Positions 44,005 through 53,882 of a stretch of DNA of 64,000 nucleotides are shown here, piece after piece. Positions within the stretch are counted from its first letter, which is position 1; the number at the start of each line of letters is the position of its first letter. The notes beneath the pieces were generated by a model that worked only from the letters and a program-made list of their open reading frames with translations, was not told where the DNA came from and searched no databases. Made by a program: the position numbers and the translations under genes. The stretch covers positions 4,824-68,823 of the forward strand of contig JAUNHQ010000006.1 in NCBI GenBank assembly GCA_030535425.1. Reading direction: 5' to 3'. The DNA comes from Pseudomonadota bacterium. Its GTDB lineage: Bacteria; Pseudomonadota; Gammaproteobacteria; Burkholderiales; Burkholderiaceae_C.

Positions 44005-46905
44005 ATGCCCGGCCACTGGCATACCCCCGTCAAGCGACGCAGCGAGGCAGACGCCGATGCTGCGCCGCTGCATGCGCGCGCTTCGGGCATGTTGCTGGCG
44101 GCCACGCTGCTGGCGCGGACGGCGGATGTGCCGCATGTGACGCTGCGGCGTTTCAACAGCGACGGCACATACCAGCAGGCGCGGGTGAGCGGGCACTTGC
44201 GTGAAGTGTTGGTGCGCCAGCGCACCCCGCAAAAGCGCAAGCAGGAAGAAGTGCCCGTGGTGCAGGGCCGCCTTGTCTGGCTGCCGCAGGGGCTGGTGCT
44301 GACGCCACGCAGCAAGTCTGGCGGCGCGCCCGATGGCTGGGGGCTGCCGCCCACGGAAGACGGCAAGGGCGCGCCAGGCGGGCCGCTGCGGGAGGTGCTG
44401 CTGAACACTTTCGCGGGCAACCAGTATCCGCATGCGGTGTGGTTTGCGGGCAAGCCTGCCGAGCCGGGTGTGCCGTTCATCGAGTCTGCCCCCCTGTTCC
44501 TGATGGACTGGGAGTTTGCGCAGGCCCCGCGCGGGGTGGGGCAGCTGATGCGCACCGATGACCCGGCGCAGCCGACGCAGTGGGTGCCGCAGCTGGGGAA
44601 AAACAGACGCCCGCAGTGGGCCGAGCCGAGCAGCGGCAGATGGCATTGCCACCGCCCGCAGCTGGCGGCCGAGAGCCGGTTTGCCTACAGCGTGCGCATG
44701 CTGACCAATGCGCTGCGCGAAGAAAAGGGCGTACCGCCGCTGGGGCCGCCGGTGCAGGGGTATCGGGGCACGCTGTCCAATGCGGTGGTTTATGCGATGG
44801 CAGCCAGCGGGATTGTGGGCCATGACAGCCGCCTGTTCCCCAAGGGCTACGAATCGGCGCAGTGGCGCAACTACAGACGCACAGCCTGGTTGCAGTCCTT
44901 TGGGGAGAACATCGCCAGCAGCAACGATGGGGCCGATGTGGGGGCGGCGGCGGTTTTCGTGGATGCGTGGCGGCATTCTCCGCAGCACTACGCCAGCATG
45001 ACAATGGACTGGGCCAAGGCGTCTGAAGATGCGCTTGGAGCGCCGCGCGGCACGTTCTACGCCTTCATGGATGCGGCCTCTTCACGGGCGGATGTGCTGC
45101 ACACGTTGCAGCTGCCGCCCTATGGGCTGGATGCGCCGACGCGGCCATTTGTCGAGCCTGCAAAAAACGCGGCTGCGGCTGCGCAGGTTTTCACGGCGAT
45201 GCCGCACTGGGTTGCGCCGGGCAGGGTGGGCAAGCCGGTGGATCCGGATGACCGCGTGGGGCTGGTTCCCGGTGAGCCGAGCGGAGAGTTTTTCTCGCCA
45301 TTCGCGGCGGGGAGAAGCGATCTTGCCGTCAGATACCGTGGCCGCACCATCCGCCTGGCCGATGAGGCGGATGCGTCGGAAGACGCCACGGAGATGACGC
45401 CGCACGGCGTGTACGTGATGGGCGCGGGCTTGCGCCGCCCGCACCCCGATGAGCCGCCCTTTTTGCGCGTGGTGATTCTTGAGCGCGAGGGCCAGCCGTC
45501 CGAGGGGCGCGGCTTTGTGTCGGTGTGGGAAGGGCTGCTGCACGACTTCACCGCCACTCGCCAGCGCGTGGGGCGTGTGGCGATTCCATCCAATACCGGA
45601 CTGCTCAGCCATGCGCGCGTGTCGCCGATGGGGCAGGTGGTGTTTTCGGCGGTGCTGCTGGAGCCGCACCCTTGGGTCAACCTGTTTTACATGCGACCCA
45701 AAGCGGACTGGCCTGACACGTTTGTGGATTACTCGCTGCCCGAGCCGTTCAACAACACGGAAGATATCAACGCCCGGCGCATCTGGGGCGGGAAGGTGAA
45801 GCTCTTTCACTGGAGCCATCTGGATGCGCGCTGGACGGATACCGGCAACGAAGAGCAGCTGCTGATCGAGCCGGAATTCATCCAAGCGGAAGACGGCCTG
45901 ATGAGCAGCCGGGAGCGCTGCAAGGGTGAGTACCGGCTGCTGGCCGACTTTGGCGGCTTTGGCGGAGAGACGTTGCAATACCTATTGGTGGAGGTGGATG
46001 CGCTGGCGCTGTGCGAGAAAAAGACTTCATCCAACAACAACAACCAAGGCCGCATATCAAGGATGCAAATGCACCTGAAGGGCGCGCTGCGCTTTGCGGA
46101 CGGGCAGCGCTTTTTCTTTCAGGATGTGACGATGCGCTACGACTACCAGCGCCAGAACATGGACAGCGTGAGCGGTTACGTGACCTATCTGGGCCATGTA
46201 GATGTGCTGGATGCTCAGCGCCTGGTGTATTTGCGGCTGGACTTGCGCGGAACCGAGTTTCCGCAGGCGGACGCGGAGCTGCTGGTGCACGGCAAGCTGG
46301 TGGCAAGCAAGAAAGATGTGCTGCGGATTCGCCCGGAGGAGGTGACCGACAACGGCGATTCGCACTGGGCCTATCACCGAAAGATTCCCGGTATCGGTCA
46401 AAACGATTTTGGCGTGGAGCCGCCGCTGCTGAGGGCATGGGTGTTCACCAACACCAAAGGCTGGCCGGATTATTCCGGCTATGAGGGCTATTCGGGGCAG
46501 ATAACGGAGAAGGTGCTGAACTTCATTTGGGGCCATGTGCAGCACCCCCCAATTCGCAGCCACACCCCGCGCCTGGCGATGCCGGTGACGGTGATGACGC
46601 ACCGCTCGGGAGAAGACTACGGCACGGACTCGCCTGGCCGCCTGGCGAGTGCGCAACGCTCGCCGATGATTTTTGACATGGTGGGGCCGCGCTTCATGTG
46701 CGACGGGTTTTTCCAATCGCCCATGTATGCGCAGATGGAGTTTCACGAGGGCGAGTGGCTGGCCGGGGTGTACCTGGGCGCATCGCCCGTGCGCCAGCCG
46801 GGCAATTGGTTTGACAAGACCCATTACCACGCTTCGTCTCTGGATTTGAAAGACCTGGTGGGCGCGGCTTTGGACGGGAATGTGTTTCCGATGGGGGTGG
46901 TTTGA
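44005..46905 (+). CDS. Large phage protein containing a CAP/SCP-like domain
   Basis: TNALREEKGVPPL...GH...GENIA...AWRHSPQHYASM. Confidence 0.65.
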   Translation: MPGHWHTPVKRRSEADADAAPLHARASGMLLAATLLARTADVPHVTLRRFNSDGTYQQARVSGHLREVLVRQRTPQKRKQEEVPVVQGRLVWLPQGLVLTPRSKSGGAPDGWGLPPTEDGKGAPGGPLREVLLNTFAGNQYPHAVWFAGKPAEPGVPFIESAPLFLMDWEFAQAPRGVGQLMRTDDPAQPTQWVPQLGKNRRPQWAEPSSGRWHCHRPQLAAESRFAYSVRMLTNALREEKGVPPLGPPVQGYRGTLSNAVVYAMAASGIVGHDSRLFPKGYESAQWRNYRRTAWLQSFGENIASSNDGADVGAAAVFVDAWRHSPQHYASMTMDWAKASEDALGAPRGTFYAFMDAASSRADVLHTLQLPPYGLDAPTRPFVEPAKNAAAAAQVFTAMPHWVAPGRVGKPVDPDDRVGLVPGEPSGEFFSPFAAGRSDLAVRYRGRTIRLADEADASEDATEMTPHGVYVMGAGLRRPHPDEPPFLRVVILEREGQPSEGRGFVSVWEGLLHDFTATRQRVGRVAIPSNTGLLSHARVSPMGQVVFSAVLLEPHPWVNLFYMRPKADWPDTFVDYSLPEPFNNTEDINARRIWGGKVKLFHWSHLDARWTDTGNEEQLLIEPEFIQAEDGLMSSRERCKGEYRLLADFGGFGGETLQYLLVEVDALALCEKKTSSNNNNQGRISRMQMHLKGALRFADGQRFFFQDVTMRYDYQRQNMDSVSGYVTYLGHVDVLDAQRLVYLRLDLRGTEFPQADAELLVHGKLVASKKDVLRIRPEEVTDNGDSHWAYHRKIPGIGQNDFGVEPPLLRAWVFTNTKGWPDYSGYEGYSGQITEKVLNFIWGHVQHPPIRSHTPRLAMPVTVMTHRSGEDYGTDSPGRLASAQRSPMIFDMVGPRFMCDGFFQSPMYAQMEFHEGEWLAGVYLGASPVRQPGNWFDKTHYHASSLDLKDLVGAALDGNVFPMGVV

Positions 46906-46906
46906 G

Positions 46907-47362
46907 ATGGCGATTCGACTGAGCGCGCTGGCCGCGCAGGCGCTGGTGACCGAGTTTGGGCTGCAAAGCATGCTGCATGGCGGGCATATCCGCATTTATT
47001 CCGGCGCGCAGCCTGCCAGCGCGGATGCCGCGCCAACGGGGCAGCTGCTGGCGGTGGTGACCGTGGGCGCGAACCCGGCGCCAACGCCCACCGATGACAC
47101 GGGTGGCCTGACGTTCGTGCCGGGCAGCCGCCTGGGCGAGCTGCGCGATACGGGCGACTGGCAGGTGCGGGCAACGGCATCGGGCGCGCCCGGCTGGTGG
47201 CGCGCGGTGGCGTTTGACCACAGCCCGGACAGCACTGACCGCAGCAGCGTGCGCATGGACGGGGCGGTGGGCGAGTCGCTGGATTTGCGCGGGCTGGCTC
47301 AGCTGGAAAGCGGCCAGACCTATCCCGTGCATGCGTTTGTGGCGCGCATGCCGATTGATTGA
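46907..47362 (+). CDS. Probable virion structural protein (paralog 1)
   Basis: GGHIRIYSGAQPASADAA..G.LLA; RMDGAVG. Confidence 0.65.
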   Translation: MAIRLSALAAQALVTEFGLQSMLHGGHIRIYSGAQPASADAAPTGQLLAVVTVGANPAPTPTDDTGGLTFVPGSRLGELRDTGDWQVRATASGAPGWWRAVAFDHSPDSTDRSSVRMDGAVGESLDLRGLAQLESGQTYPVHAFVARMPID

Positions 47363-47376
47363 TGGAAGGAGTTCAC

Positions 47377-47865
47377 ATGGCTTTGTATTCAAAGGCTCTG
47401 CGCCAGGCGATGGCTGACGGCAGTGGTTTTGCCGGGGCGCTCAATGGCGGGCGCATCCGCGTGTTTTGCGCCGCCAGCGATCCGTCCGACCCGACGGGCA
47501 CGGCGGTGGCTGCACCGGTGACGGCAGACGCCGCAGAAACGGGCACGCTGATGGCCGAGCTGACGCTGGGCGGGGACGGTAACACCGGCCTGAGCCTGAC
47601 GCATACGGGTGCGGGCACGCTGGAAAAGCCATCAGGCGCATCCTGGCTGTGTGTCAGCGTGCTGCACAGCGGGCCTATCGATTACTGGCGCTTTGTGGGG
47701 CCGGGCGACACGGGCGCGGAATCGGACACGCAGCCGCGCATACAGGGCACGATTGGGCGCTATAAGGCGGACATGATCGTGGCCGAAGCGAAGGTGACGC
47801 AGGGCAATCCCTGGCCGCTGGACAGCTTCGTACATTTGATTCCGGCTGTGTCCGATCCGCTGTAA
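47377..47865 (+). CDS. Probable virion structural protein (paralog 2)
   Basis: GGRIRVF...TADAAETGTLMA; RIQGTIG. Confidence 0.65.
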   Translation: MALYSKALRQAMADGSGFAGALNGGRIRVFCAASDPSDPTGTAVAAPVTADAAETGTLMAELTLGGDGNTGLSLTHTGAGTLEKPSGASWLCVSVLHSGPIDYWRFVGPGDTGAESDTQPRIQGTIGRYKADMIVAEAKVTQGNPWPLDSFVHLIPAVSDPL

Positions 47866-47874
47866 GGAGGCGGC

Positions 47875-48180
47875 ATGACTGTCTTGCGTGCCACGTCTGC
47901 GCCGCCGCGCGCAGCGCCGCTGCGGCCAAAGCCCGAGCGGGTTGATCCGCCCCCGCCGCCTGCGCCTGACTACAAGCCGCCCAGAAGGCCGCCGCGCCGC
48001 ATCGAGGTTGACGGGCCGTCGACCGGCGGCGGTGGCAACTACAGCGCCTGCGTGGCGCAGGGGACGGCGAGTTACGTGATCGCCGGGCTGAGCCGCAGTG
48101 AGGCGGAGAAAAAAGCGCGTGAGGTGTGCCAGGCGAACCCTGGCACAAACTTCGACAACGTCACCATCCGATTTCCATGA
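47875..48180 (+). CDS. Pro-rich hypothetical protein
   Basis: AAGGAGG RBS; ATGA coupling to next gene. Confidence 0.6.
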   Translation: MTVLRATSAPPRAAPLRPKPERVDPPPPPAPDYKPPRRPPRRIEVDGPSTGGGGNYSACVAQGTASYVIAGLSRSEAEKKAREVCQANPGTNFDNVTIRFP

Positions 48181-49958
48181 CGACCTGGGCTTCTGGCGCA
48201 CACAGCGTGCCGCTGATGGCGGCCAATGGCGTGTACAGCTTCCGCGTGCCGGAGGGGGTAGCGGGCGTTGTGATTGGACTGGTGCTTGCAAACGCAAACC
48301 CGAACCTGCTGCGCACCGGTGAGTCGGCCTATGCCCTGCACTTTGCGCAGGGCCGCGTGACGGTGCTGGCGCACGGCAGCCCTGTTGCGCCCCCGGTGGC
48401 TTACACATCGGCGCAGCGCTTTCACGTGGTGCGCATCGGCGGTTATGTGTATGTGTGCCAGGCCGATGACGTGCCGATGGATTCGTCCGCTGTGGCGGCG
48501 GCGGCCTTTGGCGTGGGCGCGGAGACGATGGACGGCGCGGCGCGTCTGGATGCCACGCTGCGCGCGGCGGGCGATGAGGTGCTGGACGGCGCGTATGCCG
48601 ATTTGCCGGGCGATTTGGTGCCGCCGGTGCTGAACCTGCCGCAAGGCGCGTTCATCTCCACGGCCAGCGACATGCATGTGCGGGCCGTGTCGGCCAACGT
48701 GCCGGGCGGCAGTGTGCGCGTGCAAGGCCCGGCCCCGCGTATCCGGGCGGTGCAGCCGCAAGGTTTCTCGCAGGTGTTTGTGCGCGGGCCTTCCCCGGCG
48801 CTGCTGTCGGTGGGCGGGAATATCGGTGTGGCGTTTGACTTAGCGCTGCCGCGCCTGACGGGTGTGCCGGATGCGCAGCCAGCCGACGATTTGTCCAGCG
48901 GCGCACGCGCAGGTGGTGAGGCCAAGCAAGCCTATGTGATTCTGTACAGCGGCGCGCGTGCGGGCGATGGTCTGCTGCTGCATGCGGCGCAGGCCAGCCT
49001 TGCCAGCGGTGCGGCGGCGGGCGATGCGCTGGCGCTGGCGGCGCAGGCTGCGCTGGAAAGCGGCGCGGCGGCGGGCGATGCGCTTTCCGTCGGGTTGGTG
49101 CAGGTGACGATTGCCTCTGGCGCGGCGGCGGGCGGCGATGCGATGGGCCTGAGCGCCACGGCGGCGGCTGCGCTGCAAAGCGGTGCGGCGGCCGGTGACG
49201 GGCTGCATGGCGAGCGCGCGGCGCAAGCGGTCAGCGGTGCGGCAGCGGGCGGCATGGCACTACCAGGCGCTGTGGCGCAGGTATCCAGCGGTGCGCGTGC
49301 AGGCGATGAGGCCGCGCCCATGCCCGCTGCGATGCCCGAGCTGATGCTGTCCAGCGGCGCGGCGGCGGGCGATGAGGCGGTGGCGATGACGCCCACGCTG
49401 CCCGAGCTGCGCAGCGGCGCGGCTGCCGGTGATGAGGTTTTGATTGCCCGCCCCGGCAGCGTGGCATGGGTGATGAACGCGGAAACGGGCGCGGTGAGCT
49501 GGTGGGGCAACTGGCAGTTCACGGACGCGGTGCAGCTGCCCGATGGGCGCGTGCTGGCCGTGGGGCCGGAGGGCGTGAGCGAGTGGACGGGCGATGCCGA
49601 TGGCGACACGCCCGTGCAGGCGCATGTGACCTGGGGGCTGCTGGAGTTCGGCGGCTGGGGGCAGGAGGGGCAACCCGTTGCCAGCGAGCGGCGCAAGCGG
49701 CTGACGCAGGTGACGGTGGGATACCACGCGGCGCTGCCGATGCGCACCGAGCTGCATGCCTTCGGGCACGGGCAGACGCCGCACACCTATGCCATGCCGC
49801 CTGTGGTGGCCGGGCAGGCGGGGTTGCACCGCAATCACCGCATCGTGCCGGGCAAGGGCTTGAGTGCGCGTTACTGGCGCGTGCAAATCAGCGGGCAGGG
49901 GCCGTATCAGGTGCATGGCCTGACGGCGGACGTGGCCGTGAGCGCAAGGAGAATGTGA
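48177..49958 (+). CDS. Probable structural protein with SGAAAGD repeats
   Basis: Ten SGA(A/R)AG(D/G) units at ~48897-49434. Confidence 0.65.
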   Translation: MTTWASGAHSVPLMAANGVYSFRVPEGVAGVVIGLVLANANPNLLRTGESAYALHFAQGRVTVLAHGSPVAPPVAYTSAQRFHVVRIGGYVYVCQADDVPMDSSAVAAAAFGVGAETMDGAARLDATLRAAGDEVLDGAYADLPGDLVPPVLNLPQGAFISTASDMHVRAVSANVPGGSVRVQGPAPRIRAVQPQGFSQVFVRGPSPALLSVGGNIGVAFDLALPRLTGVPDAQPADDLSSGARAGGEAKQAYVILYSGARAGDGLLLHAAQASLASGAAAGDALALAAQAALESGAAAGDALSVGLVQVTIASGAAAGGDAMGLSATAAAALQSGAAAGDGLHGERAAQAVSGAAAGGMALPGAVAQVSSGARAGDEAAPMPAAMPELMLSSGAAAGDEAVAMTPTLPELRSGAAAGDEVLIARPGSVAWVMNAETGAVSWWGNWQFTDAVQLPDGRVLAVGPEGVSEWTGDADGDTPVQAHVTWGLLEFGGWGQEGQPVASERRKRLTQVTVGYHAALPMRTELHAFGHGQTPHTYAMPPVVAGQAGLHRNHRIVPGKGLSARYWRVQISGQGPYQVHGLTADVAVSARRM

Positions 49959-49959
49959 G

Positions 49960-51846
49960 ATGGCAGAGCCAACCAAGTGGTTTCCGTTTGTCAGCCCTCT
50001 GGTGAAAGATGTGCAAAGGCATGTGATGCAAAGCCAGGATGAGGCGATGGATCGCGCCGAGGCCATGTCGGACAAGGCGCTGAAGGTGATTGATGCGATC
50101 AATCAGGCGCTGCCGCGTCTGGGCATGACGGGCGCGCCGCCGCAGCCGATGAAAGCGCCTGAGCTGAGGATCGGCAATATCAACCTGCCCGAGCTGGGCA
50201 AGGAGGCGTTCGGCACGGTGGATGCACCGCGCACGGGGGATTTCGTGCTGGGTGCGGTGGCCGATGTGCCGCGCTTGCAGGTGGATGATTTCAGGCCCGC
50301 GTTCGAGGCGCTGGCGCTGCCGCCTGCCCCGCCTGCCTTTGACCCCGGCGCTGCGCCGCAAAAGCCTGTGGTGACGGAGCCGCAATTGCCGCCCGTGCCG
50401 GTGCTGGAGCGGCCCAACCGCCCGCAGATGGTGGAAATCGAGATTCCGGATTTCGAGTTTCCACAGCTGCCCGCGTTTGACGCCAAAGCGCCGCAGTTTC
50501 ACGGCACGGCGGTATCGGCTGTGTTGCAGTGGACAGAGACACCGTATGAGCTGGTGATTCTGGATGAGCAGATGGAGGTTTTGCGCCGCATGTGGGCGGG
50601 CGGCACGGGCCTGCCGCCAGCGGTGGAGCAGGCGCTGTGGGAGCGCGCGGCCAGTCGCGAGGATGTGGCGGCGCAGCGCGAGACGGCGCAGGCCATGACG
50701 GAGTTCAGCGCGCGTGGCTACACGCTGCCGCCCGGCGCGTTGGTGGCGCGCGTGGACGATGTGCGCCAGCAGGCGGGCTTGCGCAAGATTGGCCTGGGCC
50801 GGGAGGTGCTGATCAAGGTGGCGGACACGCACATCGAGAACCTGCGATTTGCCTGCACGCAGGCGGTGGCGGCCGAGCAGGTGCTGGTGAGCATCTGGCA
50901 GCAAACCGCAGAGCGTGCGTTCCAGGCCGCCAAGACGCAGGTGGACAGCGAGCTGGCGCTGCTCAATGCCCAGATTGCCATCTTTAATGCGCGGCAGTCG
51001 GCCTACGCCACCGAGGCCAATGTGTACAAGGCGCGGTTGGAAGGGGCGCTGGCGCGGGTGCAGGTGTACCGCGCGCAGATTGATGCGGCGGTGGCAAAAG
51101 GCCAGATCAACGAGCAGGCCGTCAAGATGTTCGAGGCACTGACGCGCGCCATGTTGGCGGACGTGGAGGTGTACAAGACGCGCATGGAAGGCGCGCGCGT
51201 GCACAGCGAGGTGCAAAAGGGGCGCATCGACATGTTCCGCGCCGAGGTGCAAGCCTGGGCCGAGCAGTTGCAGGCGCGCAAGCTGCAATACGACGCCTAC
51301 AAGGTGCAGGTGGAAGGCGAAACATCCAAGGCCCAGATGCTGGAGGCGCAGTCGCGCGCCTACGCGGCCTATGTGCAGGGGCGCTCTGCGGTGTCGGAGG
51401 TGGATATCAAGAACCAGCAGGCGGCCATTGCCAAGCAGGAGCTGCGGCTGCGCGCCTACACGGCTCAGCTGGAGCGCGACAAGTTGCTGGTGCAGCAGCA
51501 AACCGCCGTGGTGCAGGCCAACGCCGAGGCGCACCGAGCCAACACGCAGCGCTTTGTGGCCGCCGCGCAGGCCGAAACCGCCGTGGCCGAAGGCAAGGTG
51601 CGCGTACACGAGGCCACGCTGCGCACCAACATGGCGGTATTTGAGACCGAGATGAAGCGCTATCAGGCAGACATTGAACACGCCATCCGCACCGCGCAGT
51701 TGCAGGTGGAGGCGCTCAAGGGCGTGGCGCAGTCTTACGCCACGCTGGCTGCCGGTGCGATGGCCGGTATCAGCCTGTCGGCCAGCGCAGGCAGCAGCGT
51801 GGGCCTGAGCGGCAGCTCCAGCGAAAACATCAACTACCAGCTTTAA
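49960..51846 (+). CDS. Long coiled-coil phage protein
   Basis: Pro-rich N-terminus followed by a long Ala/Gln/Glu helical region. Confidence 0.7.
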   Translation: MAEPTKWFPFVSPLVKDVQRHVMQSQDEAMDRAEAMSDKALKVIDAINQALPRLGMTGAPPQPMKAPELRIGNINLPELGKEAFGTVDAPRTGDFVLGAVADVPRLQVDDFRPAFEALALPPAPPAFDPGAAPQKPVVTEPQLPPVPVLERPNRPQMVEIEIPDFEFPQLPAFDAKAPQFHGTAVSAVLQWTETPYELVILDEQMEVLRRMWAGGTGLPPAVEQALWERAASREDVAAQRETAQAMTEFSARGYTLPPGALVARVDDVRQQAGLRKIGLGREVLIKVADTHIENLRFACTQAVAAEQVLVSIWQQTAERAFQAAKTQVDSELALLNAQIAIFNARQSAYATEANVYKARLEGALARVQVYRAQIDAAVAKGQINEQAVKMFEALTRAMLADVEVYKTRMEGARVHSEVQKGRIDMFRAEVQAWAEQLQARKLQYDAYKVQVEGETSKAQMLEAQSRAYAAYVQGRSAVSEVDIKNQQAAIAKQELRLRAYTAQLERDKLLVQQQTAVVQANAEAHRANTQRFVAAAQAETAVAEGKVRVHEATLRTNMAVFETEMKRYQADIEHAIRTAQLQVEALKGVAQSYATLAAGAMAGISLSASAGSSVGLSGSSSENINYQL

Positions 51847-51858
51847 GGGAGAAATTGC

Positions 51859-52608
51859 ATGAATTTCGATGCAGTGGATTGGAAGCTGGTGGCGCGCGTG
51901 AAGCTGTCGCCGGACATGCTGGTTGATGCGGGTGTTACGAGTTTTCGAACGCACATTATCCGCGTTGGCAGCCCACGGCATTTGGCTGGTGACAGGGATG
52001 TTGTCGTTGGCTCCGAATTAAGCAGTGACAGCAGTTTTTTCGTGATGCCGGATTGGGGCTACAAAAACGGCGTGCTGCGCGATGTGGACGATTATTACAA
52101 AGTCCTGTATACGGAGCTGGACGCCGCAAGGAGCCTGCTGCCAATCCCGCCTGTCAACGGGCCAGCGGTGAGAATGTCAGCCGAAGTGCCGCACGCAGAC
52201 GAGAACATGGATTTTTGCTTGGTGTACGCGGTGATTGGCGAGGCGCCTAACCCGATTAATGGCTTTGGGCACTATGCGTATCCGCCGTCAGGTATTTCGC
52301 ACGGGACAAAGATGGTTGTCGCCGACATGAGTCCGTCAGCGGGGCGGTACAAATACGGCAGCGATGACTGGCATGACCTTGGAGGGGGTTATTACAACGC
52401 CAGTTACCCTATGTGGGACGAGCATGACCAATACCAGAGCTTCCTGCAGCCGCCATGCATCAATCTTTCATATGCCGGACACGCGCAAAACGCATATGAT
52501 TTTGTTCGCGCGTACCTTGCCAGCAACCCCGTTTTTGAGTTCTGGGTGCAGCGCCCGGCTGCCAGCAGGTTCTGGACGAACTTCAGGCAGTCGAAGGAGA
52601 TTGTGTGA
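51859..52608 (+). CDS. Hypothetical protein, possibly a variable tail-tip protein
   Basis: Lower GC, Tyr-rich, C-terminal FWTNF...E. Confidence 0.65.
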   Translation: MNFDAVDWKLVARVKLSPDMLVDAGVTSFRTHIIRVGSPRHLAGDRDVVVGSELSSDSSFFVMPDWGYKNGVLRDVDDYYKVLYTELDAARSLLPIPPVNGPAVRMSAEVPHADENMDFCLVYAVIGEAPNPINGFGHYAYPPSGISHGTKMVVADMSPSAGRYKYGSDDWHDLGGGYYNASYPMWDEHDQYQSFLQPPCINLSYAGHAQNAYDFVRAYLASNPVFEFWVQRPAASRFWTNFRQSKEIV

Positions 52609-52614
52609 GGCCGG

Positions 52615-53613
52615 TCACAGCTTGCGGGCCAGCTCTGCCGCCGTGGGGTTGACGTAGATCATGGCGTTCTTGGGATCGCGCCAGCCAAACACCTTGCAGA
52701 ACTCCGGAAAGGACAGCCGCCCCGGCTGGCCGACGGTGCGGCCGATGCGTGTGGCTGCTGTGTGGCGGGAGTCGTGAAAGCGAAAGCCATCCAGCCCGGC
52801 CTGCTTGCGCGCACGCCTGAAAAGCGCGTCCAGCGTTTCCGGTGTGACCAGCAGCACCTTGTCCTGATCGACGCCGCGCAGATGCCGCAGCAGGCGCATG
52901 GTCTTGCCGGAAAGGGGCACATCACGCGCTGAGCCGTTTTTGGTGTTGGGCAGCGTGACCCACGAAGCATGCACATGTTCCCAGCGCATGCCCACGATTT
53001 CGCTTGCCCGCATGCCGGTGCGCAGGGCGATCAGGAAAGCGTAGCCCACCATCTGCGTGATGGATGCTGGTGCACATCCTGGACGATAGCCAAGCTGGCG
53101 CAGCATGGCACGCGTTTCCGCAGTGGAGATGACGCGGTCGCGGTGCGGCGCGGATTTGGGCCTGCGCACATCGGACAGCGGTCTGCCATCCATCCAGCCC
53201 CAATCACGCCTGGCATAGCCCAGCACGCTGGACAGCAGGTTCATGTCGCGGTTGACGGTGGAGGCTGACACCGTTTTCAGCCGCTCTTGCTTCCATGCAT
53301 CAAAGTGCGCTGGCGTCAGCCTGTTCAGCGGCAGCGTGACGGGGAGTTGGCTTTCCATTGCGGCCAGGCGAACACGCTCCCAATGTGTGCCCTTGTGCGT
53401 GGGAGACACCTCTTCGGCAAACCGGCGCATGGCATCGCGCAGGGTTTTGGTATCGCCCGCACGTCCCTGCCGCTGCGCCGTCAGCTCCAGCTTGCGCCTG
53501 GCCGCCCAAAGCTCTGCCTCTCGGCGCGTCGGAAACGATGCGCTCTCGCGCACACCGCCGACTTTGATCTGGATGCCCCACATGCCATTGGGGCGCTGTT
53601 TTGCCGTTGCCAT
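52615..53613 (-). CDS. int: Tyrosine recombinase/integrase
   Basis: TGMRASEI, TKNG, FHDSRHTAAT, C-terminal Y; adjacent to tRNA. Confidence 0.93.
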   Translation of the reverse strand: MATAKQRPNGMWGIQIKVGGVRESASFPTRREAELWAARRKLELTAQRQGRAGDTKTLRDAMRRFAEEVSPTHKGTHWERVRLAAMESQLPVTLPLNRLTPAHFDAWKQERLKTVSASTVNRDMNLLSSVLGYARRDWGWMDGRPLSDVRRPKSAPHRDRVISTAETRAMLRQLGYRPGCAPASITQMVGYAFLIALRTGMRASEIVGMRWEHVHASWVTLPNTKNGSARDVPLSGKTMRLLRHLRGVDQDKVLLVTPETLDALFRRARKQAGLDGFRFHDSRHTAATRIGRTVGQPGRLSFPEFCKVFGWRDPKNAMIYVNPTAAELARKL

Positions 53614-53614
53614 G

Positions 53615-53643
53615 TTGGGCTTTCCGTTGGGCCTGTTTTGGGC
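53615..53643. repeat. Putative integrase arm-type sites
   Basis: TTGGGC x3 at 11-12-bp spacing between int and the tRNA 3' end. Confidence 0.5.
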
Positions 53644-53675
53644 CGCAAGTTGCAGATGGATGCGGAAACGGCAAG

Positions 53676-53698
53676 AAAAAAGCCGCCCGAAGGCGGCT
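53676..53698 (-). terminator. Intrinsic terminator downstream of tRNA
   Basis: AGCCGCC-TTCG-GGCGGCT followed by T-tract. Confidence 0.8.
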
Positions 53699-53744
53699 AT
53701 CTTAGAGAGAGATTCAGCCTTTTTCCGAAAGCTGATGTAGTTAT

Positions 53745-53820
53745 TGGTGCCGACTGCCGGGATCGAACTGGCGACCTACGCGTTACGAGTGCGTTGCTCT
53801 ACCAACTGAGCTAAGTCGGC
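53745..53820 (-). tRNA. tRNA-Thr(CGT), probable attachment site
   Basis: GCCGACTTAGCTCAGTTGGTAGAGCAACGCACT-CGT-AACGCGTAGGTCGCCAGTTCGATCCCGGCAGTCGGCACCA; TATAAT at 53849-53844. Confidence 0.96.
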
Positions 53821-53882
53821 GCGAAAGCCTTGCAAAGGCGCGGATTATAGCGACCCTTTAAAGGGCGATGGAAAAGAGCGGG

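Larger units (their letters stand above)
1..53745. mobile_element. Temperate prophage (podovirus-like head/polyvalent-protein architecture) integrated at tRNA-Thr; left end outside window
   Basis: Contiguous recombination, immunity, replication, packaging, capsid, lysis and integrase genes ending at the tRNA 3' end; housekeeping genes begin beyond the tRNA. Confidence 0.95.

Noticed and set aside
48897-49434. CRISPR-like array (repeat plus variable spacer)
   Set aside because: Repeats are degenerate at third codon positions and in frame, encoding SGAAAGD; no cas genes
38781-52608. Diversity-generating retroelement or invertible tail-fibre cassette
   Set aside because: No reverse transcriptase, no TR/VR pair differing at adenines, no invertase or flanking inverted repeats seen
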